From Waddliaceae bacterium (GTDB taxonomy: Bacteria; Chlamydiota; Chlamydiia; Chlamydiales; SLOH01): 29,045 nucleotides of DNA. The position numbers and the translations under genes were made by a program. Positions 1 to 8,863 of this stretch are shown one piece after another. The notes under the pieces are model-generated. The model was not told the DNA's origin. It did not search any database and saw only the letters and a list, made by a program, of their open reading frames with translations. The stretch lies in the NCBI GenBank assembly GCA_040880105.1, contig JBBDJA010000011.1:1-29045 (forward strand). Reading direction: 5' to 3'. How positions within the stretch are numbered: the first letter of the stretch is position 1; every line of letters starts with the position of its first letter.

Positions 1-998
1 CTTTTGCCCAGATGTATCGCAATATGCACAGATGGTCTGCCCACTTAATGGTCATGATGGTCTTTTTACATATGTCCCGCGTCTTTTACACCGGATCGTA
101 TAAAGGCATGCGGAAATTTAACTGGGTGATCGGCGTGATCCTACTCGTCCTCACCCTCCTTCTTTCCTTTACAGGGTATCTTTTGCCTTGGGACCAGTTG
201 GCATTTTGGGCCGTTACCGTTGGATCGAATATTGCAGGGTACGTCCCGAATATCCCTGGATTCGAGCACAATGTCAACCGCGTCATGCTTCTTGCCTCGA
301 CAAACGTAGGACAAGATGCGTTGATCCGTTTCTATGTTCTGCATGTGGCCTTTTTGCCCTTAATCACAGGAACGCTTATCGGAGTGCACTTTTGGCGGAT
401 TCGAAAAGACGGCGGACTTTCACGTCCACCCGAGCGCTTTCGTCCCGACCCCTACCGTGTCGTTCAAAGGTCGGATACAAAAGAATCGTTTGCTCCCGGC
501 GTGAGGCGTACCTACGGACTCATGGAACTTGTGAGGGGAACGTGCCCTCAAGTAGATAAAGGGCCGTATAATTTTGTCTTCACTTGGCCCCATCTACTAC
601 GCGCCGAACTCGTTGCGTTTTTAGCGATGGCAGCTTTGGTGCTAGCTCTCTCCTTTATCAACGCTCCGCTAGAAGAGCCGGCAGATCCGACCAGCCCACC
701 CAATCCATCAAAGGCGCCTTGGTACTTCCTAGGACTGCAGGAAATGGTCGCCTACGACGCCTTTTGGGGAGGAGTCGGGATTCCGGGACTGATTGTCGTT
801 GGCCTCATTTTAATCCCTTACCTCGATCGAAACCCACATGGCGAGGGAATCTGGTTTCATAAGAGCCGCTGGTTTGCTATTACGATGTACACACTCTTTA
901 TGACCTGGCAAGGAATTTTTGTGATCATCGGAACATACTTCCGAGGAGCCAATTGGGGCTGGATATGGCCTTGGACCGAAACCTTTTCGAGACATTAA
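1..998 (+). CDS. Cytochrome b of a Rieske/cytochrome b complex (b6-type N-domain fused to subunit-IV-like C-domain); 5' end lies before the window
   Basis: Heme-ligand motifs [24 protein letters not shown]...GVHF, plus [14 protein letters not shown]. 14 residues separate the helix-D histidines (b6-like). C-terminal [15 protein letters not shown] sits at the PEWY position. Frame is open back to position 3 (FAQ-MYRN). Confidence 0.93.
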   Translation, partial: FAQMYRNMHRWSAHLMVMMVFLHMSRVFYTGSYKGMRKFNWVIGVILLVLTLLLSFTGYLLPWDQLAFWAVTVGSNIAGYVPNIPGFEHNVNRVMLLASTNVGQDALIRFYVLHVAFLPLITGTLIGVHFWRIRKDGGLSRPPERFRPDPYRVVQRSDTKESFAPGVRRTYGLMELVRGTCPQVDKGPYNFVFTWPHLLRAELVAFLAMAALVLALSFINAPLEEPADPTSPPNPSKAPWYFLGLQEMVAYDAFWGGVGIPGLIVVGLILIPYLDRNPHGEGIWFHKSRWFAITMYTLFMTWQGIFVIIGTYFRGANWGWIWPWTETFSRH

Positions 999-1025
999 TA
1001 AGGTAGAACTTTAAGGAAACGTAAA

Positions 1026-4000
1026 ATGAGAAAACAGGCAGAACTATATCAAATCTCCCTTATTGTTATCGGACTTCTTGTGAGTGTTTTGTTTGGCGCG
1101 TTTTTTTACAAAGAACTTTTTCCTCAATACCGTATCTTTCAAGATACCTATGTGGAGTTAGAGCAGTTTCGCTCGGAATTGACTCAAGAGCCCCCTCCGC
1201 CATTTAAAGGAGGCATCAAGCAGGTGCTAATTGAAAATGAAGAGGGAGGCCCTCCGGTGATCGATCGGTGCATCTCTTGCCATGTCGCACTTGAGTTTCA
1301 AACCTTCTCCTCAACCCAGATTCAAAGAGATGTCAATGGCAATATCGTCAGAGATAAAAATGGAATCCCACTCCAAGAACCGAATCCGGACTATATTTGG
1401 GGCCAGCTAGATCAAAAAATTGAAGAGTATCAACAAAGCGATCCGGCAAAAGCTGAGCATCTGCAGAGCTTGAAAACAGTTAAGCTTGAAGGCCATGTCT
1501 TTGATATGACAAAGGCGCTTGCGCAACATCCCCTAATGGGAAGAGAAACAAGACCCTTTGAATACCACCCCATTGCCGAGTACGGCTGCACATCTTGCCA
1601 TAGCGGAAATGGGCGCGCCCTCACTTTTTCAAAAGCGCACGGCCCTGTCTTTGATGGACAGTATGAAGAAGAGTTCATGGGACCTGAACCTGTATTCCTA
1701 GAGTCTAATCCCGAAACAGACCCCCCGTTTTCTCGCATATTCAATGGCAAGCCAAGTGACAAGCTCCTTTTCCAGACCACCCCGATTTTAGTCGGCCCTT
1801 TGATGCAGTCTAAGTGCATTCAGTGCCACATGCCATCTGGGGACAACTACCAAGCGTCCCTGCGGCAGCTTGAGATCATTAAACAGCGAACAGAAAAAGA
1901 CAAAACGATCAAGAAAAGCGCCTTTGAAGAGGAAAAAGAGACCCTCACAACACTTGTCACCCTTCGCAAACAGCTTGAGTCCCAAGGTAAAGAGAGACTC
2001 CTTCGTCAACTAGAGAAAAACCGAGACGACTTCACCCTCCCATATGAAGAGCGTGAAAAAGCCAAAGCGCAAATGGCATTTCTTAATAATCCGGAAGCAG
2101 TCGAGCGTGAAATTAAGCGCATCGCAGGGACACTTGAACTTGCAGAAAGGTTAAATATTGCATTTACCGGTCAAGAGGTCGATGCAAATGAGCTACTTAC
2201 CCAAGTCCCTTCCGGCGAGGGCTCACTTTTTGAGAAGGCAAGACAACTCACTGCTCAAGATGATACAGTACTCTCGCTAAGTCGAGTCCCGTCCGAGGCA
2301 AACCTTGCATCGGAAATCGATGCGCTCCTTCAAGACTATAAACATGGGCGCTTCCTCTTTTTCAACCAAGCGTGCTATGCGTGTCATCGAATCACCGGAA
2401 TGTCTCGAGGCGGAGTTGGCCCTGAGCTTACAGAAGCCGGAAGCTTCCATCCATGGCAACTCAAAGAGTCGATCGTTTGGCCACAAGGCGATTTGAAAAC
2501 ATCGACGATGCCAAACTTTCACCTAGATCATGAAGAGCTCGAAGCTCTTGTCACCTTTTTGCTCGGTCAAACAGGAAGAACGCAGGCAGTCTCCGAAACC
2601 GATCATCAGGCGATGATGGCCAGATGGGAAGAGGGCTACAAGCTCCCTTGGGAAGAGAGAATCAACCCGGCAAACCTGAAAGATCTCAACTATGCCATGA
2701 CCGTCTTTGCAACAGAAGGCTGCGCGGCTTGTCATCGACTCAAAGGATATCAGTCGAATGTCGGATATCAAAAAGAGCTCGAAGAGGCCGGATTTGAAGA
2801 GCTGTATGAAGAAAGACAATGGTTTAGAAAGCTCTTCCCGGAAGAGGCTTTGGGCTCAAGAATCATAGAATCCATTGAGGAAAATCGCGAAGAGATCAAT
2901 GAAAGAATTGTTGACAACGTACGAGAAGACTCAATTCTCGAAGAACTAGAAGCCAACCATCCGAGCGTCCTAGAGTCCTTCTACAAAAATTTTAAGTTTG
3001 CCGCTCGTGATAAAGAAAGTGCTGAGTGGAAAGAGATCGTCGACCGCGTCTTAAAGATGTACATCCAGGAGTACGGCCTTGGAAGATTAATTGGCCCAAG
3101 ACCCAATTGGTCTGGAATTTATCGCAGCGATGAATGGTTGATCGAGCACTTCAGACAACCGACGCGCCATGTGGCAAGATCTATTATGCCCGTCATGCCG
3201 TTTGATGATACAAAGTTCTACTCGCTTACATATATGTTAAATACGCTTGCCAAACGCAATCGCGATGAAGTGCGCCAGATTTGGGATCACCGCGGATTCG
3301 ATCCGGAACTGGCCTATGAAATCTTTTGCTCTCAGTGTCATGGAGACCATCTGCATGGCAACGGACCTGTCGCGCCGTGGATCTACCCCATACCGAAAAA
3401 CTTGCGCAATACCTACTTCTTACGCAATTTCACACGTGAAAACATGGAGTATTCAATTACCCACGGTGTCAATGGCACGCCCATGCCCCCTTGGGGAGAA
3501 ATCGGCAGCGATAAGCCGCAAATTGAAACGCCCGTTATGACAGAGTCTGAAATTCGTCAGCTCACCGACTGGATCTTTTCTTCTCAGTTGAAAGGAGATG
3601 AGCTGAACGTACCGAAATGGGAGTATCAGGTAGATGATGTACTGCAAGAACTCCAAGATGAAGGCGATGTTCTGCAGCCAGGAAGAGAACCGAAATTTTT
3701 TGAATTAAGAGAAAGTCAGTCGGCCTCTTTTTTTCCTGTTCGAAGAGATCAAAATGTGCCGAAACTATCTCCGGAAGAAGTATTCACTATCGAACCAAGT
3801 CCTAAAGGATCCGAGCCGAATACCTATCACATCAAAGAGAAGTACTACACAGAACAAAATTTGGCTGCAGGACAAAGATTCTTTGAGGCGAACTGTACGA
3901 TCTGCCACGGCATTGAGGCCGACGGGCAAGGATTTCGGGCAGGTACCATGTACGATGCAAAACCGAGAATGCTGACAAATTTACACTGGATTGACCAAAG

Positions 4001-4844
4001 AGACGATCTTAGATTACTGCGCTCAATCAAATACGGCGTTCCAGGTACATCCATGACCCCTTGGGGAGATCAAACCAGTGGACTTCAACGACTGCAACTC
4101 GTCCTCTATATTCGAGCGCTTAGTCAAGAGCAAAGGCAGCGCGACGCACTATTTAGTACCCTCTATCGAGTATATGACCAAGCCGATCAATTAATCGTAG
4201 AAGCAAGAGCGTATGAATACAAAGAGACAGACAGGCTTGAGAGGCAATGGAGTCAAGTCTCAAAAGAGCGCGAGGTTCTATACAGACAAGCAGGGTCCGG
4301 GAAGATCTCTGAGGATCGCGCTTTAGAAGTATATAAAAATGAGCTCTCTCTCTCCCGGCAGCTTCAATTACACAAGAGAGCAGATGAACTTCTCGACCAG
4401 CTAAGAAGTGTCGTTCAGGAAGAAAATGAACTATTTCAAATTCTTGGAATCGATCTAATCCGAAGCGTCGTTATGAACGATCTCTTTGAAAAGTACCTGA
4501 AGATGATCTCTTCCTATCCTGTGAACTTCTCTTTGGAGAATGAGCGTCTGTATCTCTTGTATGACTCTGAAAAATCAGAGCAGTTAAAAGATCTGCAAGG
4601 AAAGATTCTTGCCGCTCTTGCCGATACGATAGAAGAAAAAAAAGTCGAGTTAGAAACCCTTTCAAAGAGAGCGTCTTCTCAAGAAAGAGAGAGCCAAATC
4701 CAGCTACTTGAAAGTGAGTCTCAGGCCTTTATCAAGCTGAGAAATCTAATGATTGCCGGATTTGAAAAGAGCAAGCGGCTACATGAAAAGATAGCGTCCC
4801 TTTATAAAGAGTACCAAGAACAACAAAAAGCAAGTGAGAGATAG
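1026..4844 (+). CDS. Membrane-anchored multiheme cytochrome c, 1272 aa, seven CxxCH motifs
   Basis: N-terminal hydrophobic helix. CISCH (aa82), CTSCH (188), CIQCH (264), CYACH (450), CAACH (566), CSQCH (768), CTICH (957). Distal Met motifs STMPNF, SIMPVMP, GTPMPPW, GTSMTPW. Lies between cytochrome b and ccoN. Confidence 0.92.
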   Translation: MRKQAELYQISLIVIGLLVSVLFGAFFYKELFPQYRIFQDTYVELEQFRSELTQEPPPPFKGGIKQVLIENEEGGPPVIDRCISCHVALEFQTFSSTQIQRDVNGNIVRDKNGIPLQEPNPDYIWGQLDQKIEEYQQSDPAKAEHLQSLKTVKLEGHVFDMTKALAQHPLMGRETRPFEYHPIAEYGCTSCHSGNGRALTFSKAHGPVFDGQYEEEFMGPEPVFLESNPETDPPFSRIFNGKPSDKLLFQTTPILVGPLMQSKCIQCHMPSGDNYQASLRQLEIIKQRTEKDKTIKKSAFEEEKETLTTLVTLRKQLESQGKERLLRQLEKNRDDFTLPYEEREKAKAQMAFLNNPEAVEREIKRIAGTLELAERLNIAFTGQEVDANELLTQVPSGEGSLFEKARQLTAQDDTVLSLSRVPSEANLASEIDALLQDYKHGRFLFFNQACYACHRITGMSRGGVGPELTEAGSFHPWQLKESIVWPQGDLKTSTMPNFHLDHEELEALVTFLLGQTGRTQAVSETDHQAMMARWEEGYKLPWEERINPANLKDLNYAMTVFATEGCAACHRLKGYQSNVGYQKELEEAGFEELYEERQWFRKLFPEEALGSRIIESIEENREEINERIVDNVREDSILEELEANHPSVLESFYKNFKFAARDKESAEWKEIVDRVLKMYIQEYGLGRLIGPRPNWSGIYRSDEWLIEHFRQPTRHVARSIMPVMPFDDTKFYSLTYMLNTLAKRNRDEVRQIWDHRGFDPELAYEIFCSQCHGDHLHGNGPVAPWIYPIPKNLRNTYFLRNFTRENMEYSITHGVNGTPMPPWGEIGSDKPQIETPVMTESEIRQLTDWIFSSQLKGDELNVPKWEYQVDDVLQELQDEGDVLQPGREPKFFELRESQSASFFPVRRDQNVPKLSPEEVFTIEPSPKGSEPNTYHIKEKYYTEQNLAAGQRFFEANCTICHGIEADGQGFRAGTMYDAKPRMLTNLHWIDQRDDLRLLRSIKYGVPGTSMTPWGDQTSGLQRLQLVLYIRALSQEQRQRDALFSTLYRVYDQADQLIVEARAYEYKETDRLERQWSQVSKEREVLYRQAGSGKISEDRALEVYKNELSLSRQLQLHKRADELLDQLRSVVQEENELFQILGIDLIRSVVMNDLFEKYLKMISSYPVNFSLENERLYLLYDSEKSEQLKDLQGKILAALADTIEEKKVELETLSKRASSQERESQIQLLESESQAFIKLRNLMIAGFEKSKRLHEKIASLYKEYQEQQKASER

Positions 4845-6305
4845 ATGAGTGCGCCGATTCAAAGAGAGACCCCAAAAGAGAAAGTGATATTCGACGACAC
4901 CCCCGTCAAGTTCATGCTGTATCCCGCTTTGATATTCATGATCCTTGGAATGACGATCGGAACCTTTCTTGCTTTTAACGCCTTTGTCTTTCCCGATTAC
5001 TTTCAGGGAGAGTATATCCACTTTGGGCGTTTAAGGCCTGTCCATGTAGGAAACGTCTTATTTTTGTGGCTCATTTCAGCTGGAATCGGTTTTTTTTATT
5101 ACTTTATCCCGCGTCTCTGCGGCATTCCGCTTTATAGCAGCAAGCTTGCCAACCTTTCTACATCTCTTTGGTGGTTTTCTCTTATTATCGGCATCTATTC
5201 CTTTCCATTTGGCACCAATTCCGGCTGGGAATATGCGGAGCTGCCGGCCTGGGTCAGCTATATACCGATCCGCCCGCTTTTTTATATCGCATGGTTAATG
5301 GTCGTTGCCAATGTCTTTCTCACCATCGCCAATCGGCGCTTTGAGAAAATGTATGTCTCTCTTTGGTATGCGATGGGAACTTGCGTCTGGGCAAGTTTTA
5401 CTATTTTTGCCGGAACCTACGGGATTAATTGGGTACCCGGCGGCGTTTCACGCGTAAACGTCAACTTCTTCTATGTACACAACCTCGTCGGACTTATTTT
5501 TACCCCCCTTGGACTTGCCACCGTCTACTACTTCCTCCCAAAGATTGCAAATACCCCCATACATAGCCACCGACTCTCCATGGTAGGTTTTTGGTCCCTT
5601 GCGTTCTTTTACGGCTGGATAGGCGCCCACCACTATATTCACGGACCCATTTCACAATGGCTTCAAACCACATCGATCGTGTTTTCCATTTGGCTCTTTA
5701 TTCCCGTTTGGAGCGTTGTTCATAACCTCTTTTTTACGCTTGCTCCTCAATGGAAAAAATACACACTCAGTGTTCCGATCCGCTTTTTGATTATGGGGAC
5801 GATGTTCTACCTAATCACCTGTATACAAGGCCCTATCATGGCCCTTCGAAATGTGAATGAAATCACATCGAAAACCGATTGGGTCATCGGCCACTCACAC
5901 ATTGCCCTGTACGGAACATTTACATTTTTTGCTATTGCCGGCATCTATCAATGCATACCGACAATTACAAGAAAACCCCTTTGGTCAAACGCCCTATCCG
6001 AGTGGCACTTCAACCTCAATATGATAGGTTCTGTCTTCTTCTTACTTTCACTGACAATTGGCGGTGTGATTCAAGGACTGATGTGGGCCTCTTGGGCAGA
6101 CGGCTCGACATATGCGCAGTATCATATTAATATCACCCAGCTCTCCTTTATCGATTCATCAGAAGCGATGCGGCCTTGGTGGATCATGCGCGCTGTCGGG
6201 GGACTCATCATCCTCATTGCAAACCTGCTCTTTATCTTTAATATATTTAATACAATCGTTCTGAAACCAAGAGATGAACACTACAAAAAACGAGCGTATG
6301 CATGA
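4845..6305 (+). CDS. ccoN: cbb3-type (C-family) cytochrome c oxidase subunit I
   Basis: GRLRPVH, WEYAELP, MYVSLWY, YVHNLVG, FFYGWIGAHH (helix VII Tyr), DWVIGHSH; many TM helices; starts immediately after the upstream stop. Confidence 0.93.
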   Translation: MSAPIQRETPKEKVIFDDTPVKFMLYPALIFMILGMTIGTFLAFNAFVFPDYFQGEYIHFGRLRPVHVGNVLFLWLISAGIGFFYYFIPRLCGIPLYSSKLANLSTSLWWFSLIIGIYSFPFGTNSGWEYAELPAWVSYIPIRPLFYIAWLMVVANVFLTIANRRFEKMYVSLWYAMGTCVWASFTIFAGTYGINWVPGGVSRVNVNFFYVHNLVGLIFTPLGLATVYYFLPKIANTPIHSHRLSMVGFWSLAFFYGWIGAHHYIHGPISQWLQTTSIVFSIWLFIPVWSVVHNLFFTLAPQWKKYTLSVPIRFLIMGTMFYLITCIQGPIMALRNVNEITSKTDWVIGHSHIALYGTFTFFAIAGIYQCIPTITRKPLWSNALSEWHFNLNMIGSVFFLLSLTIGGVIQGLMWASWADGSTYAQYHINITQLSFIDSSEAMRPWWIMRAVGGLIILIANLLFIFNIFNTIVLKPRDEHYKKRAYA

Positions 6306-7546
6306 AACATAAAGAGCACGGAATACCAAAAGTCGAACGATCTGCTGTTTACACATTCATTGGCATCGTAATTCTATTTTCATCAGCTGTCATCGTTACC
6401 CTTTTCGCGCCGAATTTTATGGATTCAAGCTGGATCGAGCCGACAAGTCCCTATCAAGTGCAAATGTATGAAGTTTCAGATCCAAATACCTATCTGAGTA
6501 GATTCGGAAGTGAGTCAACCGAAATCCAAGCCGTCTATCATTTGCAAAAGGGAATCTCACTTCTTGCCTTCAATGAATCTGAAACCACACGGATCATTGC
6601 GAAAGGGCCCCTTGAGAAATACATTACCCGCTTTGGCGACCCAGAAATGAAACTCACCTCTCGACTGCTCATGCTGCGAAAGCCCTCTTCAAATCCACGA
6701 GAAGAGGTAGAAAAGTTCCAAGAGCAATGGAGACAAAACCATCCCGACTGGGAAAGCCAAGGACTTATCCCCCCGGGATATAACATCTTAGAACTATATG
6801 AACCGGAAACAGAAGACGCCTTCGCTCTTGCAGCCACAGAGTCAATTACAGAAAATTGGGTCGATGAAAATTATGTGATATTAGATGAAGAAGAGGGGCA
6901 AAAGTGGCATAGCGACCCAGGAGTCATCTATATCAACAACCCCGTCGAGTATCGCATACGCGAATATGCAATTTCAGAGCGCAATCTATGGCAGTACGAT
7001 CCCGAGGGTCGGCCTATAGCAAGCCTCCAGGAGCTAAAATCCGCTCCCTTTAAGTTTCTCTCACGTAAAGAGCTGATTCGCATGGGAGAGCGTATCTATG
7101 CAGCAGAAGGGTGCTGGTATTGTCATACCGATCAAACCAGAACTCTTGTTCAAGACGTTGTTCTAAACGGCTCTGAGTCTTATCCCGCCCCCCCTTCTTC
7201 GGCCAATGAATTTATCTATGATCAAGTCACCTTTCCCGGAACTAGACGCATTGGCGTGGATCTCTCAAGAGTTGGAGCGAAAAAGCCCGGACGCGATTGG
7301 CATATCTCCCACTTTTGGTCCCCTCAGACTGCAAGCAAAGGGTCGATTATGCCCGCGTTCCACCATTTTTTTGATGACGATCCGCGCGGAAAAGCAGCCA
7401 TTCGAGAAGGTGTTCCAAACTTACAATTTGAAGCCGTCTATCAATACCTAATGACCAAAGGAACGAGAATTACCTCCCCCAACCAAGCGTGGTGGATCGG
7501 AAAAGACCCCGTCCAAACAAAAAAAATCATCGAAGGAAAAAAGTGA
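6302..7546 (+). CDS. ccoO: cbb3-type cytochrome c oxidase subunit II with a large insertion
   Basis: N-terminal TM; GERIYAAEGCWYCHTDQTR, GTRRIGVDLSRVG, WHISHFWSP, GSIMPAF; ATGA overlap with the ccoN stop. Confidence 0.88.
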   Translation: MKHKEHGIPKVERSAVYTFIGIVILFSSAVIVTLFAPNFMDSSWIEPTSPYQVQMYEVSDPNTYLSRFGSESTEIQAVYHLQKGISLLAFNESETTRIIAKGPLEKYITRFGDPEMKLTSRLLMLRKPSSNPREEVEKFQEQWRQNHPDWESQGLIPPGYNILELYEPETEDAFALAATESITENWVDENYVILDEEEGQKWHSDPGVIYINNPVEYRIREYAISERNLWQYDPEGRPIASLQELKSAPFKFLSRKELIRMGERIYAAEGCWYCHTDQTRTLVQDVVLNGSESYPAPPSSANEFIYDQVTFPGTRRIGVDLSRVGAKKPGRDWHISHFWSPQTASKGSIMPAFHHFFDDDPRGKAAIREGVPNLQFEAVYQYLMTKGTRITSPNQAWWIGKDPVQTKKIIEGKK

Positions 7547-8406
7547 AAAAATACCTAATCTACCTACTCTTATTTTTTATACCCCTATCTGCCGAACGCT
7601 ACACACTTTCAGTAGTCTCGCTTATCCACAATGAAGCTTGCTATTTAAAAGAGTGGATTGAATTTCATAAACTCACAGGAGTTGAACACTTTTACCTTTT
7701 CAATCACCTAAGCGATGACAATTACCTTGAAATCTTAGAGCCCTACATTGAAGACGGCACCGTCGAGCTTTTCGACTGGCCCTACCCGTTCCGCGGCCTG
7801 TCCGACTGGAATGGCATCCAGTGCAGAGCATATAAAAAAATCATTGAAGAAAGGGCAGATGAAACGAAGTGGCTTGCGATTATCGATTCTGATGAGTTTC
7901 TTTTCTCTCCCCAAAAAGACGATTTAAAAAAAGTCCTGAAAGAATTTGAACAGTTCGGAGGAGTCGGAGTCAATTGGCAGATGTACGGAACCTCAAATGT
8001 GCCAAAAGTACTCGAAGGCGAACTCATGATTGAGATGCTTGAATACAAGGCGGAAAAAAACGATCCCCGTAATTTTTATATTAAAAGCATTGTGCAGCCA
8101 AAACATGTAAAAGGGATCACAAGCCCCCACTACTGTCAATATAAACCAGGGTTTTTCCACGTCAATGAGAACAAACAAAAATTCCACAAGAAGCGCTCTT
8201 CGTGCGTCAGTGTGAATAGACTTAGAATCAACCATTATTGGACACGTGATGAAGACTTCTTATACAACGTGAAAATCCCAAGAGCGAGAATCTTTTGGCT
8301 AATGCCTGAAAATCAAATACTTCAGAGAAATAAAGAGTTTAATAAAGTTCTTGACCGGGCAGTCTTTCGCTTTATCCCCAATCTTCGCACGGCAGTCTTC
8401 GAATGA
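7543..8406 (+). CDS. Glycosyltransferase family 92 / GT-A-fold protein with signal peptide
   Basis: NEACYLKEWIEFHKLTGVEHFYLFN, WLAIIDSDEF (DxD), KSIVQP, RINHYWTR. Likely start is GTG 7543, overlapping the ccoO stop (GTGA), giving MKKYLIYLLLFFIPLSA. Confidence 0.85.
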   Translation: MKKYLIYLLLFFIPLSAERYTLSVVSLIHNEACYLKEWIEFHKLTGVEHFYLFNHLSDDNYLEILEPYIEDGTVELFDWPYPFRGLSDWNGIQCRAYKKIIEERADETKWLAIIDSDEFLFSPQKDDLKKVLKEFEQFGGVGVNWQMYGTSNVPKVLEGELMIEMLEYKAEKNDPRNFYIKSIVQPKHVKGITSPHYCQYKPGFFHVNENKQKFHKKRSSCVSVNRLRINHYWTRDEDFLYNVKIPRARIFWLMPENQILQRNKEFNKVLDRAVFRFIPNLRTAVFE

Positions 8407-8564
8407 AAGATGGAATCGGAATTTACGGACTCGTTTTCGCCTATGCCCTTCTTTTTGCGATGATGGGAAGTAGCCTTCTGCTTCTTCTCTATTTTTGGCG
8501 TCAAAAAAGTATCGACTTTAGCGAAGACCCTAAGTATCAAATGATGGAGGATGACGATGGATGA
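8403..8564 (+). CDS. Small membrane protein, CcoS/FixS-like cbb3 maturation peptide (53 aa; absent from the ORF track)
   Basis: Hand translation: MKDGIGIYGLVFAYALLFAMMGSSLLLLLYFWRQKSIDFSEDPKYQMMEDDDG*. One TM helix then an F..x.PKY.M.EDDD tail as in CcoS. ATGA overlap with the upstream gene and overlap with the next start. Confidence 0.65.
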   Translation: MKDGIGIYGLVFAYALLFAMMGSSLLLLLYFWRQKSIDFSEDPKYQMMEDDDG

Positions 8565-8796
8565 ACAAGACGATGATTTAGAGTTTTACGGCGACACAAA
8601 TATCGCTTCCGGCAACGCGAAAATCCCCTTATGGCTTTACGCCTCTTATATTATATTTCCTATTTGGGGCATTGTTTGGTTTTTTCTCTACTGGAACGGA
8701 GCGACCGGTTGGATTGACCGCGGCTACTGGTTTGAGCTTGAACAAGCTGCCAATACCACATTCCCCCAAGAAAAAGGAGATGAGTTTAAAGAGTAA
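8557..8796 (+). CDS. Small protein resembling the N-terminal membrane segment of cbb3 subunit III (CcoP-N), without heme domains
   Basis: Acidic start, then GNAKIPLWLYASYIIFPIWGIVWF (compare the DNPLPxWW + TM pattern of CcoP). GGAGG 6 nt before ATG 8557; last gene of the cco run. Confidence 0.6.
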   Translation: MDEQDDDLEFYGDTNIASGNAKIPLWLYASYIIFPIWGIVWFFLYWNGATGWIDRGYWFELEQAANTTFPQEKGDEFKE

Positions 8797-8863
8797 TCTA
8801 TTTATACGATCTTAATACAAAAAATTTATTATAAATATAAATTACGTAAAAATAGGTTCATAA

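Noticed and set aside
7489..7542. Basic N-terminal extension (MVDRKRPRPNKKNHRRKK) on the glycosyltransferase, NLS- or Tat-like
   Set aside because: Overlaps the ccoO coding end; GTG 7543 gives a normal signal peptide with a standard 4-nt overlap.
8441..8540. 72-aa minus-strand ORF 8322-8540
   Set aside because: Antisense to the CcoS-like ORF, which fits the operon with overlaps on both sides.
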